A stretch of DNA of 64,000 nt from positions 4,890-68,889 of the forward strand of contig JBDRMG010000002.1 in the NCBI GenBank assembly GCA_043812495.1, given 5' to 3'. This document shows, in pieces, positions 9,593-19,587 of this stretch; positions within the stretch are counted from its first letter, which is position 1; each line of letters opens with the position of its first letter. Both the position numbers and the translations under genes were made by a program. Below the pieces are notes generated by a model that ran no database searches, was not told the DNA's origin, and saw only the letters and a list, made by a program, of their open reading frames with translations. This DNA comes from Candidatus Omnitrophota bacterium (GTDB lineage Bacteria; Omnitrophota; Gorgyraeia; Zapsychrales; JBDRMG01).

Positions 9593-10506
9593 TGGAGGTT
9601 ATATCACGGGTGAATGATAAAGAAAAAATATTTGAAGAATTTTATCGCTTAGCTGATTTTTATTATCAACAAAACCTAATCAAAGACGCCCAGAATTATA
9701 AAAAAGACTTTTCGGCGTTCTTGCTTTATTTGCACCATATAAAGACCTATGAATTATTAGCCCCCTTTTGTCGAGATAAGACAATACTTGATATTGGGTG
9801 TTTTCTTGGATACGGAGAGCCCTATATTGCCGAAGAGGCGAAAGAGGTTATAGCCATCGATAATAACAGGGGTGCCATTAATTTTGCAAGAAACCATTAT
9901 TCTTTGCCGAATGTTGATTTTAGAGTTGTTGATGCTAAACAATTACCTTTTGAGGATGAGTCGATAGATATTGTTCTGGCCGTACAGCTCATCGAACACA
10001 TTCAGCCCGGTGAAATAGAAGATTTCCTTAAGAAAATAAAGAAATTATTGCGGAAAGACGGTCAGCTTTTGCTTGTTACGCCAAACAGGGAATTTCGCCT
10101 ACTACCATTTCAGAAGCCTTTTAATCCGGAACATTTTCAGGAGTTTACGAAGAAAACACTTCATAAATCCTTAGAAAAGATTTTTGACAAGATTGAAATT
10201 AAAGGAATTTATGCAGCAAAATGGATAGAAGAGATTGAGCGGAAACGAGTTCGACGGTCACCTTTACATTTTTATATTAATGATCCGCTAATCCGCCTTC
10301 TGCGATATATTGTTCAAAAAACGGGTATATCACAAAAGAACAATGCTTTTTTCCAAAGAAAACAAAACGATAAAGAAACAGCTTATCCTTGCTTAGAATG
10401 GGATTTTGATGGGCTCTTAGAAAAACTTAGTGACAAAGATTTTTTTATCAAAAACGAGGCATCCAAGACAGCCTTAGACTTATTTTCTCTCTGCGCTAAG
10501 GATTAA
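9592..10506 (+). CDS. Class I SAM-dependent methyltransferase
   Basis: ILDIGCFLGYG motif I, DIVLAVQLIEH; TAATG stop/start overlap. Confidence 0.75.
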   Translation: MEVISRVNDKEKIFEEFYRLADFYYQQNLIKDAQNYKKDFSAFLLYLHHIKTYELLAPFCRDKTILDIGCFLGYGEPYIAEEAKEVIAIDNNRGAINFARNHYSLPNVDFRVVDAKQLPFEDESIDIVLAVQLIEHIQPGEIEDFLKKIKKLLRKDGQLLLVTPNREFRLLPFQKPFNPEHFQEFTKKTLHKSLEKIFDKIEIKGIYAAKWIEEIERKRVRRSPLHFYINDPLIRLLRYIVQKTGISQKNNAFFQRKQNDKETAYPCLEWDFDGLLEKLSDKDFFIKNEASKTALDLFSLCAKD

Positions 10507-10519
10507 GGGGAAAGAATCA

Positions 10520-11830
10520 ATGGCCGCTTTGCTGAAAAATAGTATAAAAATATTCTTTTCCCAGGTTGCTATATTAATAGGCGGGATTATTGGTTCTATT
10601 ATTTTAGCCAGAAGCTTAGGTCCGACAGGCCGTGGTATTTATGCATTGCTCATCCTGTTTCCAACCGTTATGTCTCAGTTATGTAATTTCGGAATTGGGG
10701 AAGCCAATGTTTACTTCGTAGGAAAGGATAACCGAAATCTTAATGTTGCCGTATCCATTTCATTTCTTGGTAGCGTTGCTTTTTCCTTAGTCGCTATTTC
10801 TCTGTTGCTCACTGTATCGCGCTTTGCTTTTTTTCAGAATTTTTTAATTGAAAATCTCATTACCCCTTTTCAATTTTGGGCAGCCATCGCCGTTCTCCCT
10901 TTGTTGCTGCTGGCGGAGTATCTTAAAACTATTTTCTTAGGGAAAGAAGAAATTACGGTTTATAATGTCATAAATCTTTCTTATGCTTTTATCGGATTGA
11001 TTAGTATTGTTGTGTTTGTCTTCATGCTTGGCTTTGGTGTCAATGGGGCCCTTACTGCGTATATTCTTTCAAGCGTTACCATTGCGGCCTTAACAGTAAT
11101 TCTTTTAAGAAAAATCATCCCGGGCCATTTCCTGTTTTCCAAGAAACAACTTGCAAGCTGGATTAAATTCGGGCTGAAAGGTTACTCCGGCAATCTTGCC
11201 CAATTACTTAATTATCGTTTGGATATGTTTTTAGTTGCGTTATTCCTCAATCCGTCGGCGGTAGGCTATTACAGCATAGCCGTTGCCTTTGCGGAAGGAC
11301 TCTGGATGATTCCGAGAGCTTTAGCAACGGCATTATTTCCGAGAATATCTGCTCTGAGTAACGCAAAAACCAACGGACCTACGGCACAAATTTCCCGGCA
11401 CAATTTCTTTGTGATAGGTGTCCTTTCCCTTCTGTGCGCTCTGTTTGTGCGCCCGATGATCGGACTGCTCTTCGGAGATTTATTTCTTCCTTCTGCTCAA
11501 CCGCTGCTGATTCTGCTTCCTGGCGTTGCCATATTCGGAGGAGCGCGGGTCTTGGCCTCTGATTTGTTTGGAAGAGGAAGGCCTGAGTTTGCAAGCTTTG
11601 CCGCATTTCTTTCTTTGGTGATTAATGTGGCGCTTAATCTCTATTTGATTCCCCGGTGGGGGATATCGGGTGCTGCGTTTGCTTCAACGATGGCCTATAG
11701 CGCCGCTGCCGCGTTGATATTCGTTGCCTACAAAAAAATATCGAAAGAATCATGGAAAAACATTTTATTCATTAAGAAGAGCGATTTTTCCGATTATAAA
11801 TATTTATTGCCATTTTTGAGACGTTCATGA
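10520..11830 (+). CDS. Polysaccharide/O-antigen flippase (Wzx, MOP superfamily)
   Basis: About 12 TM, Wzx-like N-terminus, length 436 aa, inside glycosyltransferase cluster. Confidence 0.7.
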   Translation: MAALLKNSIKIFFSQVAILIGGIIGSIILARSLGPTGRGIYALLILFPTVMSQLCNFGIGEANVYFVGKDNRNLNVAVSISFLGSVAFSLVAISLLLTVSRFAFFQNFLIENLITPFQFWAAIAVLPLLLLAEYLKTIFLGKEEITVYNVINLSYAFIGLISIVVFVFMLGFGVNGALTAYILSSVTIAALTVILLRKIIPGHFLFSKKQLASWIKFGLKGYSGNLAQLLNYRLDMFLVALFLNPSAVGYYSIAVAFAEGLWMIPRALATALFPRISALSNAKTNGPTAQISRHNFFVIGVLSLLCALFVRPMIGLLFGDLFLPSAQPLLILLPGVAIFGGARVLASDLFGRGRPEFASFAAFLSLVINVALNLYLIPRWGISGAAFASTMAYSAAAALIFVAYKKISKESWKNILFIKKSDFSDYKYLLPFLRRS

Positions 11831-11863
11831 AAAATTGATATTCCTTTTTAAGGTGCGTTGAAG

Positions 11864-12790
11864 ATGTCGATCCCTTTAGTTTCGATTATTATTCCTTCTT
11901 TTAACAGAGCAAAATTACTCCAAAGAGCGATACAGAGTGTCTTGCGTCAAACATATCAGAATTTTGAGGTGATTGTTGTTGATGATGCCTCAACCGATCA
12001 TACCCGGGAAGTTGTCCTGGGTTTTTCCGACCCGCGCCTTCGCTATATACGAAATGAGAAGAACCTCAAAGGACCCCGTTCGCGCAACATCGGCATTAAG
12101 CAGGCTAGAGGCGAATACATTTCTCTTTTGGATGATGACGACGAATTCCTGCCAGAAAAAATAGAAAAAGAAGTAAATAAATTCAGAGATGCGCCAGAAG
12201 AGGTGGGAGTTGTTTATTGCGGACACTCTTTTGTCGTTAATAATAAGATTGCCAAAATAATGCTTCCGCAATACCGTGGCGATGTTTCCGAAATAACATG
12301 GCGTCATCCTGTTTTGTCTCTGCCAGCCGCATTAATCAAGAAAAAATGTTTTGAAAAATCTGGTTTATTTGATGAAACATTTGTCAGCTGTCAAGATTGG
12401 GATCTATGGATACGCGTTGCCCAGCATTGTCGATTTGATTACATCAATGAGTCTTTATTGAATGTTTATATGCACGGAGGTGAAATATCTACTAATATTC
12501 AGAATCGCGTTTTCGGTATCGAAAGAATTTTGGATAAATACGCGTATGAGTATCAGAAAAGAAAGAAAACTCACTCCTTATTGCTAAAGAGACTCGGCTT
12601 TCTTTATCTCCTTAAAGGTGATCGTCCAAAGGGGAGTCAACGTTTTAAGGAATCTTTTTGTCGCGACCCTCTGGCCCTTCGGAATTATGTTATGTTTGTG
12701 TTGCTGCTTATTTCGGGCAGATCTCAAAAGATTGCGATTGGAAAATATGCAAAATTGATTCATCAAATCGGTGATATTACGTATTTTTAA
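11864..12790 (+). CDS. Glycosyltransferase family 2
   Basis: VSIIIPSFNRAKLLQRAIQSVLRQTY..EVIVVDDASTD, DDDDEF; ATG 11864 with AAGGTG SD. Confidence 0.85.
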   Translation: MSIPLVSIIIPSFNRAKLLQRAIQSVLRQTYQNFEVIVVDDASTDHTREVVLGFSDPRLRYIRNEKNLKGPRSRNIGIKQARGEYISLLDDDDEFLPEKIEKEVNKFRDAPEEVGVVYCGHSFVVNNKIAKIMLPQYRGDVSEITWRHPVLSLPAALIKKKCFEKSGLFDETFVSCQDWDLWIRVAQHCRFDYINESLLNVYMHGGEISTNIQNRVFGIERILDKYAYEYQKRKKTHSLLLKRLGFLYLLKGDRPKGSQRFKESFCRDPLALRNYVMFVLLLISGRSQKIAIGKYAKLIHQIGDITYF

Positions 12791-12806
12791 TGGCAATGAG
12801 CCCCTT

Positions 12807-13724
12807 ATGACCCAAGAGAATAAGAAAGTTTATATTGTGATCGTCAATTGGAACAACGCTTTAGTGACAATTGAGTGTCTTCGTTCTTTGGAAAATGTCT
12901 CATATCCAAACAAAGAAATTCACTTAATCGACAACGGCTCAAGCGATGATTCGCTGAGAATATTGGAGGATTATCGGCAGCAATCGCCGATAAAAGATAT
13001 TCTAACGCTCATTTCTCTTAAGGAAAATCTAGGCTTTGCGGGAGGAAACAATGTCGGCATCAAGATGGCGCTTGAGAGGGGTGCGGAGTATGTGCTTTTA
13101 TTGAACAACGATACCATTGTTACGCCGGATTTTCTGACTCAATTGGTTCAATCGGCTCAAACAATTCAAAATCTCGGCATTCTGGGGACAAAAATCAATC
13201 ATTATCCGGATAAGGACATTATCTGGTTTTCCCGAGGGAAAATTGATTATTTTCGCGGAGCTTTTTATCACATCAATAAGGAAAGAAAAAACTTGGTCGA
13301 TTCGGATTTTATTACGGGCTGTTTGATGTTTATTCCGGCAAGCGTCCTCCAGGACGTAAACCTCTTTGACGAACGATATTTTCTCAATGCGGAAGACGTT
13401 GATTTGTCTCAAAGAATCAAGAAAGCAGGATATAAGCTTGTCGTCAATCAAGATGCTGTTATTTACCATCAATTCAGCGCAAGTATGGGTGGGATTCATT
13501 CAAAAAGAAATCAATATTATTTCCACCGAAACAGAATGCTGTTTTTTTCCAAGAATCTGTTTGGACTCAAGAAATATTTATTTTTTTGTTTTCAGTTTAT
13601 TTTAGCAATCCCAGCTTGGCTATGTATTCAATTTATTCAAGGTCATTTTGTTTCAATACAAGGGGCCTGGCTCGGCTATGTTGATTATTTCAAAGGACGA
13701 TTTGGCCGAAGTCGATATTTTTAG
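12807..13724 (+). CDS. Glycosyltransferase family 2
   Basis: YIVIVNWNN..., IDNGSSDDS, LNNDT motifs; start ambiguous (12771 alternative). Confidence 0.8.
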   Translation: MTQENKKVYIVIVNWNNALVTIECLRSLENVSYPNKEIHLIDNGSSDDSLRILEDYRQQSPIKDILTLISLKENLGFAGGNNVGIKMALERGAEYVLLLNNDTIVTPDFLTQLVQSAQTIQNLGILGTKINHYPDKDIIWFSRGKIDYFRGAFYHINKERKNLVDSDFITGCLMFIPASVLQDVNLFDERYFLNAEDVDLSQRIKKAGYKLVVNQDAVIYHQFSASMGGIHSKRNQYYFHRNRMLFFSKNLFGLKKYLFFCFQFILAIPAWLCIQFIQGHFVSIQGAWLGYVDYFKGRFGRSRYF

Positions 13725-13776
13725 TTTATTATTACATAATCTTATAAATTGTGACCCTTAATTTTCTATCCATGTA

Positions 13777-14826
13777 ATGAAAATCGTTATTCTGCGACAT
13801 TCCATTCGTAATCGAGGAGGAGACCGGTTGGTCCTCGATTATTGCTCTTATCTTGCCGCCCAAGGGCACAAAATCGAATACTGGACCAACGAAGTGAGTA
13901 CTCCCTTTCGGATTGATCAAGCCATAAGCATTAAGCGCGTTCCGATCCCCGGTATTCTTGGGACAATGATTTTTACTCTTTTTAAGAAGTTTTCAGGCGA
14001 TATTGTTCTTGTTGACCTTATTATCATGGCCTGCCTGGCTTCGTTGCGCAACAAAAAGAGAATTCTTTATTTAGCCCAGGATTACGACGTGAAATATTAC
14101 AAGTTGGGGTTACTCAAAGCCTTGACCCGTTCTTGTTATTCTTTCGGCTTGAATAAATTGCAAATTATTACGGTTTGCGTCTCAGAAGGGCTCGCGGACA
14201 TATTAAAACAATACAAGCCTAAACAGATCAAGACGGTTTCAAACGGTGTCAATTTGAGCATATTTTATCGTGATGAAAAAGGAAGATATCAAAACCAAAA
14301 AGAGCGGCCTTTTGTCATTCTTTTATTTGCCCGCTCGGATTATCGAAAAGGTTTAGATATCGGTATCAGGGCCGTTAAGGAGCTCTATAAAATCCGCCCG
14401 GGGGATGATTGGGAATTCTGGACCATCGGAACCGCAAAGGTTGAGATTCCGACTATTCCGGCGATTAGGATAAAACCATTCGGTTTCCTAAAAACGGACG
14501 AAGAACTTAAGGATATTTTTAGCGCTGCGGATGTTTATTTAGTTCCTTCAAGAAGCGAAGGACTAAGCTTACTTTTACTCCAAGCCTTGGCCAGTCAATG
14601 TGCCGTTGTCGCGACAGAAGCTTCGCATATTCTTCATCACGAAACCAATGCTCTTGTAAGCGCTAATGAAGATTGGAAAGCTCTTGCTGAAAATGTGAAC
14701 CGCGTTCTCAATGACTTTTCATTGCGAAGCAAACTAAAAGAAAATGCACGCCGATTGGCAGAGCAATACAGCCTTGAAAAAAGCTGCGAGAAGTTTGAAG
14801 AAGTTATCACATCTTTCGGCATTTAA
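13777..14826 (+). CDS. Glycosyltransferase family 4
   Basis: C-terminal SRSEGLSLLLLQALASQCAVVAT GT4 motif. Confidence 0.7.
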   Translation: MKIVILRHSIRNRGGDRLVLDYCSYLAAQGHKIEYWTNEVSTPFRIDQAISIKRVPIPGILGTMIFTLFKKFSGDIVLVDLIIMACLASLRNKKRILYLAQDYDVKYYKLGLLKALTRSCYSFGLNKLQIITVCVSEGLADILKQYKPKQIKTVSNGVNLSIFYRDEKGRYQNQKERPFVILLFARSDYRKGLDIGIRAVKELYKIRPGDDWEFWTIGTAKVEIPTIPAIRIKPFGFLKTDEELKDIFSAADVYLVPSRSEGLSLLLLQALASQCAVVATEASHILHHETNALVSANEDWKALAENVNRVLNDFSLRSKLKENARRLAEQYSLEKSCEKFEEVITSFGI

Positions 14827-14924
14827 GAAAAAAAATCTTATATTGACAAATGTCCTTCAGGATTGTAACTTAATATTAAGTATACTTGAGTCAAGATGTT
14901 AGCCAAAATTCCAAATTCCTTATT

Positions 14925-14962
14925 ATGCGGCAGCCGGTGATTGCAGAAGGCTGCCCTTTTTG
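14925..14962 (+). promoter_or_regulatory. Stem-loop plus U-run in long cspA 5' leader (or terminator of upstream GT4 gene)
   Basis: cggcagcc..ggctgccc followed by TTTTTGTT; candidate TTGACA at 14853. Confidence 0.35.
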
Positions 14963-15005
14963 TTATAGAGACAACATTTAAGTATTCGAAGGAGGAACGA
15001 GACAC

Positions 15006-15212
15006 ATGGCCAAAGGAAAAGTGAAATGGTTTAATAATAAAAAAGGATATGGTTTTATCGCGGCGGAAACCGGTGAAGATGTTTTTGTGCATTTTAGCGA
15101 AGTCCAGGGGGACGGATATAAATCCCTCAACGAAGGAGATGCGGTTGAGTTTGACGTCGAAAAAGATCAAAGAGGTTTAAAAGCCAAGAACGTTGTGAAG
15201 GCTTCATCATAA
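15006..15212 (+). CDS. cspA: Cold-shock protein CspA family
   Basis: [18 protein letters not shown]..., RNP motifs, 68 aa, strong GAAGGAGG SD. Confidence 0.95.
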   Translation: MAKGKVKWFNNKKGYGFIAAETGEDVFVHFSEVQGDGYKSLNEGDAVEFDVEKDQRGLKAKNVVKASS

Positions 15213-15243
15213 ATAAACGCAGCTAAAAAAGGAAGGAGTCATT

Positions 15244-15585
15244 ATGGAAAAGAACCAAGCTCAAACAATGGCCATGCTCTGCCATCTTCTGGCTTTGGCC
15301 GGATTCGTAATTCCTTTAGGTAATTTGCTCGGCCCGCTCATCTTATGGCAAATCAAAAAAGGCGAAGATCCCCTGATCGATGAAAACGGAAAAGAAGCTG
15401 TCAATTTTCAGATTTCTATGACCATCTATATGGCGGTCGCTTTTCTGCTTGTCTTTATCGTGATCGGCATACCTCTTTTGTTTGCTTTAGGGATTGCTAA
15501 TCTTGTCTTGGTGATCATTGCTTCGATCAAAACCAATAATGGCGAGAAGTTTGTTTATCCTTTGGCGATTCGATTGATTAAGTAA
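15244..15585 (+). CDS. DUF4870-family small membrane protein
   Basis: MAMLCHLLALAGFVIPLGNLLGPLILWQIKKGEDPLIDENGKEAV pattern typical of DUF4870. Confidence 0.6.
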   Translation: MEKNQAQTMAMLCHLLALAGFVIPLGNLLGPLILWQIKKGEDPLIDENGKEAVNFQISMTIYMAVAFLLVFIVIGIPLLFALGIANLVLVIIASIKTNNGEKFVYPLAIRLIK

Positions 15586-15589
15586 TTCT

Positions 15590-15713
15590 TTTCAATGAGA
15601 CCATGACTTATGGAGTCCGCCATTGATTCAGTGGCGGATGACATAAGTCATGAGGTCGAATTGACCCAGCACTAATTTTGCATGTCAATAGTGATCTAAA
15701 ATTAATGCTGGGG
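15590..15713 (-). repeat. REP/BIME-like composite element copy A
   Basis: CATAAGTCATG..TCCGCCATTGATTCAGTGGCGGA..CATAAGTCATG nested palindrome, CGAATTGACCC core, CCCAGCA..TGCTGGGG hairpin. Confidence 0.8.
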
Positions 15714-15722
15714 TAAAACAAA

Positions 15723-15773
15723 TTAAAGGGCAGAAACGAATTGCATGAGTGCACAAATGTTTCTGCCCTTTAA
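15723..15773. repeat. Perfect 15-bp stem with 21-nt loop (terminator or REP-like)
   Basis: TTAAAGGGCAGAAAC..GTTTCTGCCCTTTAA. Confidence 0.6.
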
Positions 15774-15798
15774 ATTTAACAAAAATAATTAGGCCAGA

Positions 15799-16716
15799 AT
15801 GAATTCTCATTTATCCATTTCCACAGCCTGGAATTATCAAGAAAACGGCGATATGCGTAAGATGCTTTTGGAGATGAAAGCGCTCGGCGTGCGCTTTCTA
15901 GAATTAGGCTACCAATTAAAAAAGAATGACCTGGAGAACATCATAAGCCTTTTGGATGAAGTCAATCTCTCCGTGAGCAATCTTCATAATTTTTGCCCTG
16001 TTCCTGATGATGAATCAACGAACAGGCATTATTCGGGTTATTATTATCTGACATCTCTCAATGACAATGAACGCCAAAAAGCTGTCCAATGGACCAAAAA
16101 CTCCATTGAGACTGCTGTGCGCGTTAAAGCCAAAGTTCTTGTCATTCACGCAGGCACGATCGAAGCCGGACAGAATCAAAGCCGGCAACTTTTGGATATG
16201 GTTAAGGATGGGCATGGGCAATCCGAAAATTTTCAGCGTTTGCAAAAAGAGGTTCTCGAAATTCGAAAGAAAAACAAGGATCCTTACATACAAGCTTTAA
16301 CGCAAAGTCTTAGCGAAATCATGCCTTATGCTAAGTCAAAGGGTGTCGTGATTGGCCTGGAAACACGTTACTATCCCATGGAAGTTCCAGACTTTGAAGA
16401 AATCGGTTATTGCTTGGAACTCTTTCGCGATCAGGGATTACTTTACTGGCATGATGTGGGTCACGCGGAAACGAACGAACGTTTGGGGATAACGCCGCAT
16501 TTGGATTTCCTCAATCAATACAAAAGTTCCCTGGTGGGTGTGCATTTGCACGGGATACGAGGATTAAAGGATCACCTGGCGCCTTTTGACGGGGATTTTG
16601 ATTTGACAAAAATCATGCTTTTTTTTGACGATCCTGTCATCAAAGTTATTGAGGCGCATCCGAGCGTCTCATCCCAACAGCTGCAAGAAGCTATTAAGAG
16701 GTTGTCTCTTCGATGA
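15799..16716 (+). CDS. Sugar phosphate isomerase/epimerase (xylose isomerase-like TIM barrel)
   Basis: VLVIHAG, GLETRY, HDVGHAE metal-binding pattern. Confidence 0.6.
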   Translation: MNSHLSISTAWNYQENGDMRKMLLEMKALGVRFLELGYQLKKNDLENIISLLDEVNLSVSNLHNFCPVPDDESTNRHYSGYYYLTSLNDNERQKAVQWTKNSIETAVRVKAKVLVIHAGTIEAGQNQSRQLLDMVKDGHGQSENFQRLQKEVLEIRKKNKDPYIQALTQSLSEIMPYAKSKGVVIGLETRYYPMEVPDFEEIGYCLELFRDQGLLYWHDVGHAETNERLGITPHLDFLNQYKSSLVGVHLHGIRGLKDHLAPFDGDFDLTKIMLFFDDPVIKVIEAHPSVSSQQLQEAIKRLSLR

Positions 16717-16740
16717 GGCCATGATGTGCAACTGAAACAT

Positions 16741-16890
16741 CGTTTACACTTATGCCTGCCTGCCGTCAGGCAGGGAGTCCGCCATTGATTCAGTGGCGGA
16801 TGATATAAGTCATCTGGCCGAATTGACTCCGCTGCTTTCTTGCGAAAGCAAGAAGCGGGGGATTAAGCAAATGCAATTATAATATTTCAA
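16741..16890 (-). repeat. REP/BIME-like composite element copy B
   Basis: TCCGCCATTGATTCAGTGGCGGA, CGAATTGACTCC core, GCTGCTTTCTTGCGAAAGCAAGAAGCGGGGG hairpin, rc head TTGAAATATTATAATTGCATTTGCTTAATC. Confidence 0.85.
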
Positions 16891-16920
16891 CAATCATTTC
16901 CGTCTATAATTGATTAATCT

Positions 16921-17379
16921 ATGAACCTATATCTTGTCCGCCACGGCGAAGCCGAAGCGGAACACATTGATCCCAAACACCCTTTGACCCAAAAAGGCCG
17001 GGAAGATGTCCGCAAGGTCGCTCATCAACTTAAAGAAAGAAATATCAGCGTTCCTGTGATTTACCATAGCGGAAAGAAAAGGGCGGAAGAGACCGCGCAA
17101 ATTATCGCTCAAACAATTAATCCAGAATGCCGGCTGGTCAAGAAGAACAATCTTTCGCCTAATGATGCGATTGAACCCATGGTTCAGGAAATTCAACAGT
17201 TAACGCAAGATTGCATGATTGTCGGGCACTTGCCTTTTGTTTCGAAATTAGCGTCCCAGATTCTCTGCGGTCATGAAGAAAGAAAAGTGATTCCCTTTCG
17301 GGCCGGTTGTGCGGCGATCCTGACTAGAGAAAAGGAAGAATGCTGGGAACTTAAGGAAATCATTTCCCCTTTTATGTGA
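16921..17379 (+). CDS. sixA: Phosphohistidine phosphatase SixA
   Basis: LYLVRHGEAE RHG motif, GHLP near C-terminus, 152 aa. Confidence 0.8.
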   Translation: MNLYLVRHGEAEAEHIDPKHPLTQKGREDVRKVAHQLKERNISVPVIYHSGKKRAEETAQIIAQTINPECRLVKKNNLSPNDAIEPMVQEIQQLTQDCMIVGHLPFVSKLASQILCGHEERKVIPFRAGCAAILTREKEECWELKEIISPFM

Positions 17380-17382
17380 ATT

Positions 17383-18318
17383 ATGTATTCTTTACCCGTC
17401 TTATTTCTGCAGCGCTTAAAAGAAATCCTTCCGCAAGAATATTTGCCTTGCGCCTTAAAAAGTTTTGAAAGTAATCCTTTGAGCGTACGGGTGAATACCC
17501 TGAAAACCAAAAGAGAAGACATTGTGAAATTTCTCGAACACGAGCATATTCATGTGCAGAAAATCCCATGGTACGCGGATGCCTTCTTGCTGAAGGACAT
17601 AACGAATCAGCAATACAATCAATGGGATGGCGTCAAAGATGGGCGAATCTATCGGCAGAGTTTATCGAGCATGATTCCGTCTTTGATCCTGGACCCCCAG
17701 CCCGGCGAAGTGATTCTTGATATGTGCGCGGCTCCCGGAAGCAAAACAACCCAAATCGCTTCTCTGATGAACAATCAAGGGGAGATCATTGCCACAGAGC
17801 GCGTCAAGAACCGTTTTTATAAATTAAAATCCGTGATTCAACTCCTTGGGGCGGAAAATGTAAAGTGTCAATTAATAGACGCAAGAAAGTTAAGGCCAAC
17901 GAACCGGCCTTTTGACCGTATTCTAGTGGATGCGCCCTGCGCAAGCGAAGGACGATTCAAAACATCTGAAAAAAAGTCTTTTGCCTACTGGAGCCCGCGG
18001 AAAATCAAAGAAATGGCCCATAAACAAAAAGGCCTCATGCTTGCCGCCAGCCGGCTCTTGAAGCCCGAAGGGACGCTTGTGTATTCGACGTGCTCTTTTG
18101 CGCCGGAGGAAAATGAAGCTGTGGTGGATTGGTTACTGCGTAAAACAGAAAAGACCATGCGGGTTGAACAAATCAATTTTCCGCTCATCAAAAGTTATCC
18201 GGCCCTGCACATTTGGCAGGATAAAGTTTTTGATGAATCTATATCCGGAACTTTACGGATGTTGCCGGATGAATATATGGAAGGATTTTTTGTTGCCAAA
18301 CTGAGAAAATGGAAATAA
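17383..18318 (+). CDS. NOL1/NOP2/Sun-family RNA cytosine-C5 methyltransferase (RsmB/RsmF-like)
   Basis: DMCAAPGSKT, DRILVDAPCASEG, TLVYSTCS motifs. Confidence 0.8.
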   Translation: MYSLPVLFLQRLKEILPQEYLPCALKSFESNPLSVRVNTLKTKREDIVKFLEHEHIHVQKIPWYADAFLLKDITNQQYNQWDGVKDGRIYRQSLSSMIPSLILDPQPGEVILDMCAAPGSKTTQIASLMNNQGEIIATERVKNRFYKLKSVIQLLGAENVKCQLIDARKLRPTNRPFDRILVDAPCASEGRFKTSEKKSFAYWSPRKIKEMAHKQKGLMLAASRLLKPEGTLVYSTCSFAPEENEAVVDWLLRKTEKTMRVEQINFPLIKSYPALHIWQDKVFDESISGTLRMLPDEYMEGFFVAKLRKWK

Positions 18319-18818
18319 TCGCTTTAATTATTTTATTGGTGTCCATCTTGAGCGGTTTTGTGGCGCTATTTTTCACGACCATTGGAACTCTTATTATTCT
18401 GATCGGTTCCGTGACGTACGCTTTCTTGACACACTTTGATATTATTACCGTCAAACAGCTCGTTATTTTATTTATACTCTATTTATTAGGCGAGACGCTG
18501 GAGAACTTCCTAGTTATTTTCGGCACCAAAAAGTTTGGCGCATCCAATTGGGCCGTGGCCGGCGCTTTCTTTGGCGGAATCATCGGAGCGCTCTTTGGTT
18601 TAGCCTTGTTTGGGGTGGGATTGGTTTTAGGGGCATTTTTAGGTATTTTTTTAGGAGCCTTTCTGGTTGAATTGATCATTCGCCGAGATTTACTGAAGTC
18701 GCTGAAAGCAGGAACCGGAGGAATCTTGGGAAGAGTCGGCTCCATTGTTGCCAAGGTGATTATTGCCTTTGTGATGATCGGTATTCTGGCATCCCGCATC
18801 ATCGCGTCTTATCGCTAA
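18309..18818 (+). CDS. DUF456-family membrane protein
   Basis: Four TM helices, glycine-rich GxxxG, DUF456 size/pattern. Confidence 0.5.
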   Translation: MEIIALIILLVSILSGFVALFFTTIGTLIILIGSVTYAFLTHFDIITVKQLVILFILYLLGETLENFLVIFGTKKFGASNWAVAGAFFGGIIGALFGLALFGVGLVLGAFLGIFLGAFLVELIIRRDLLKSLKAGTGGILGRVGSIVAKVIIAFVMIGILASRIIASYR

Positions 18819-18832
18819 AAAAGGGATAGAAA

Positions 18833-19582
18833 TTGGATTTTGCACAATTTCATTTTTTCGGATCGCTCAATGATTTTCTTACTTATCAGAAAAGAAACAG
18901 GTTGTTTCGGTATTTTTTTAAGGGAAATCCTGCTATCAAGGACGCGATAGAAGCCATCGGCGTTCCACACCCGGAAGTGGATTGCATTGTCACGAATGGT
19001 CGGTGCGTTGGGTTTTATTATCACCTTCAGCCACAGGATAAGGTCAGGGTTTATTCTCGGAAGCCGGAACCCAGGGTTAGGCCCATCAAGCATCTCAAAG
19101 CCAAACTCCTCAAGCATCCGCGATTTATTCTTGATTCCCATTTAGGCAAGCTTGCCCGCCATCTTCGGCTGCTTGGTTTTGATGTGCGCTATAAGAACTT
19201 TTTCCCGGATGAAGAAATCGTTGCCATCCATCAGGAAACGCGTCGTATTATTCTCACCAGAGATATTGGTTTATTGAAAAACAGAGTTGTCAAAAGAGGT
19301 TACTGGGTTAGGTCCTCTGATCCAAAGAAACAAATTCAAGAAATCATCAAAGAATTCAAACTCAAAACGAAGATCAAACCTTTTACGCTTTGCCTGGAGT
19401 GTAACGGCCGGATTACCAGGATCCCTAAATCGTGCGTTATCCATCGCTTGCCTCCGTTGACCAAAGAGGTTTATCAGCGTTTTTTTATCTGCCGGAAGTG
19501 TCAGAAAATCTATTGGCGCGGGGCCCATTATGCCCGGCTGTGTGGTTTTGTTCAGAAAGTTAAGAAGTATTCAATCCGTTAA
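18833..19582 (+). CDS. Mut7-C RNase domain protein (DUF82) with N-terminal Ub-like domain and C-terminal Zn ribbon
   Basis: ILDSHLGKLARHLRLLGFDV PIN-like motif; CLECNG...CRKC zinc ribbon. Confidence 0.7.
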   Translation: MDFAQFHFFGSLNDFLTYQKRNRLFRYFFKGNPAIKDAIEAIGVPHPEVDCIVTNGRCVGFYYHLQPQDKVRVYSRKPEPRVRPIKHLKAKLLKHPRFILDSHLGKLARHLRLLGFDVRYKNFFPDEEIVAIHQETRRIILTRDIGLLKNRVVKRGYWVRSSDPKKQIQEIIKEFKLKTKIKPFTLCLECNGRITRIPKSCVIHRLPPLTKEVYQRFFICRKCQKIYWRGAHYARLCGFVQKVKKYSIR

Positions 19583-19587
19583 AAACA

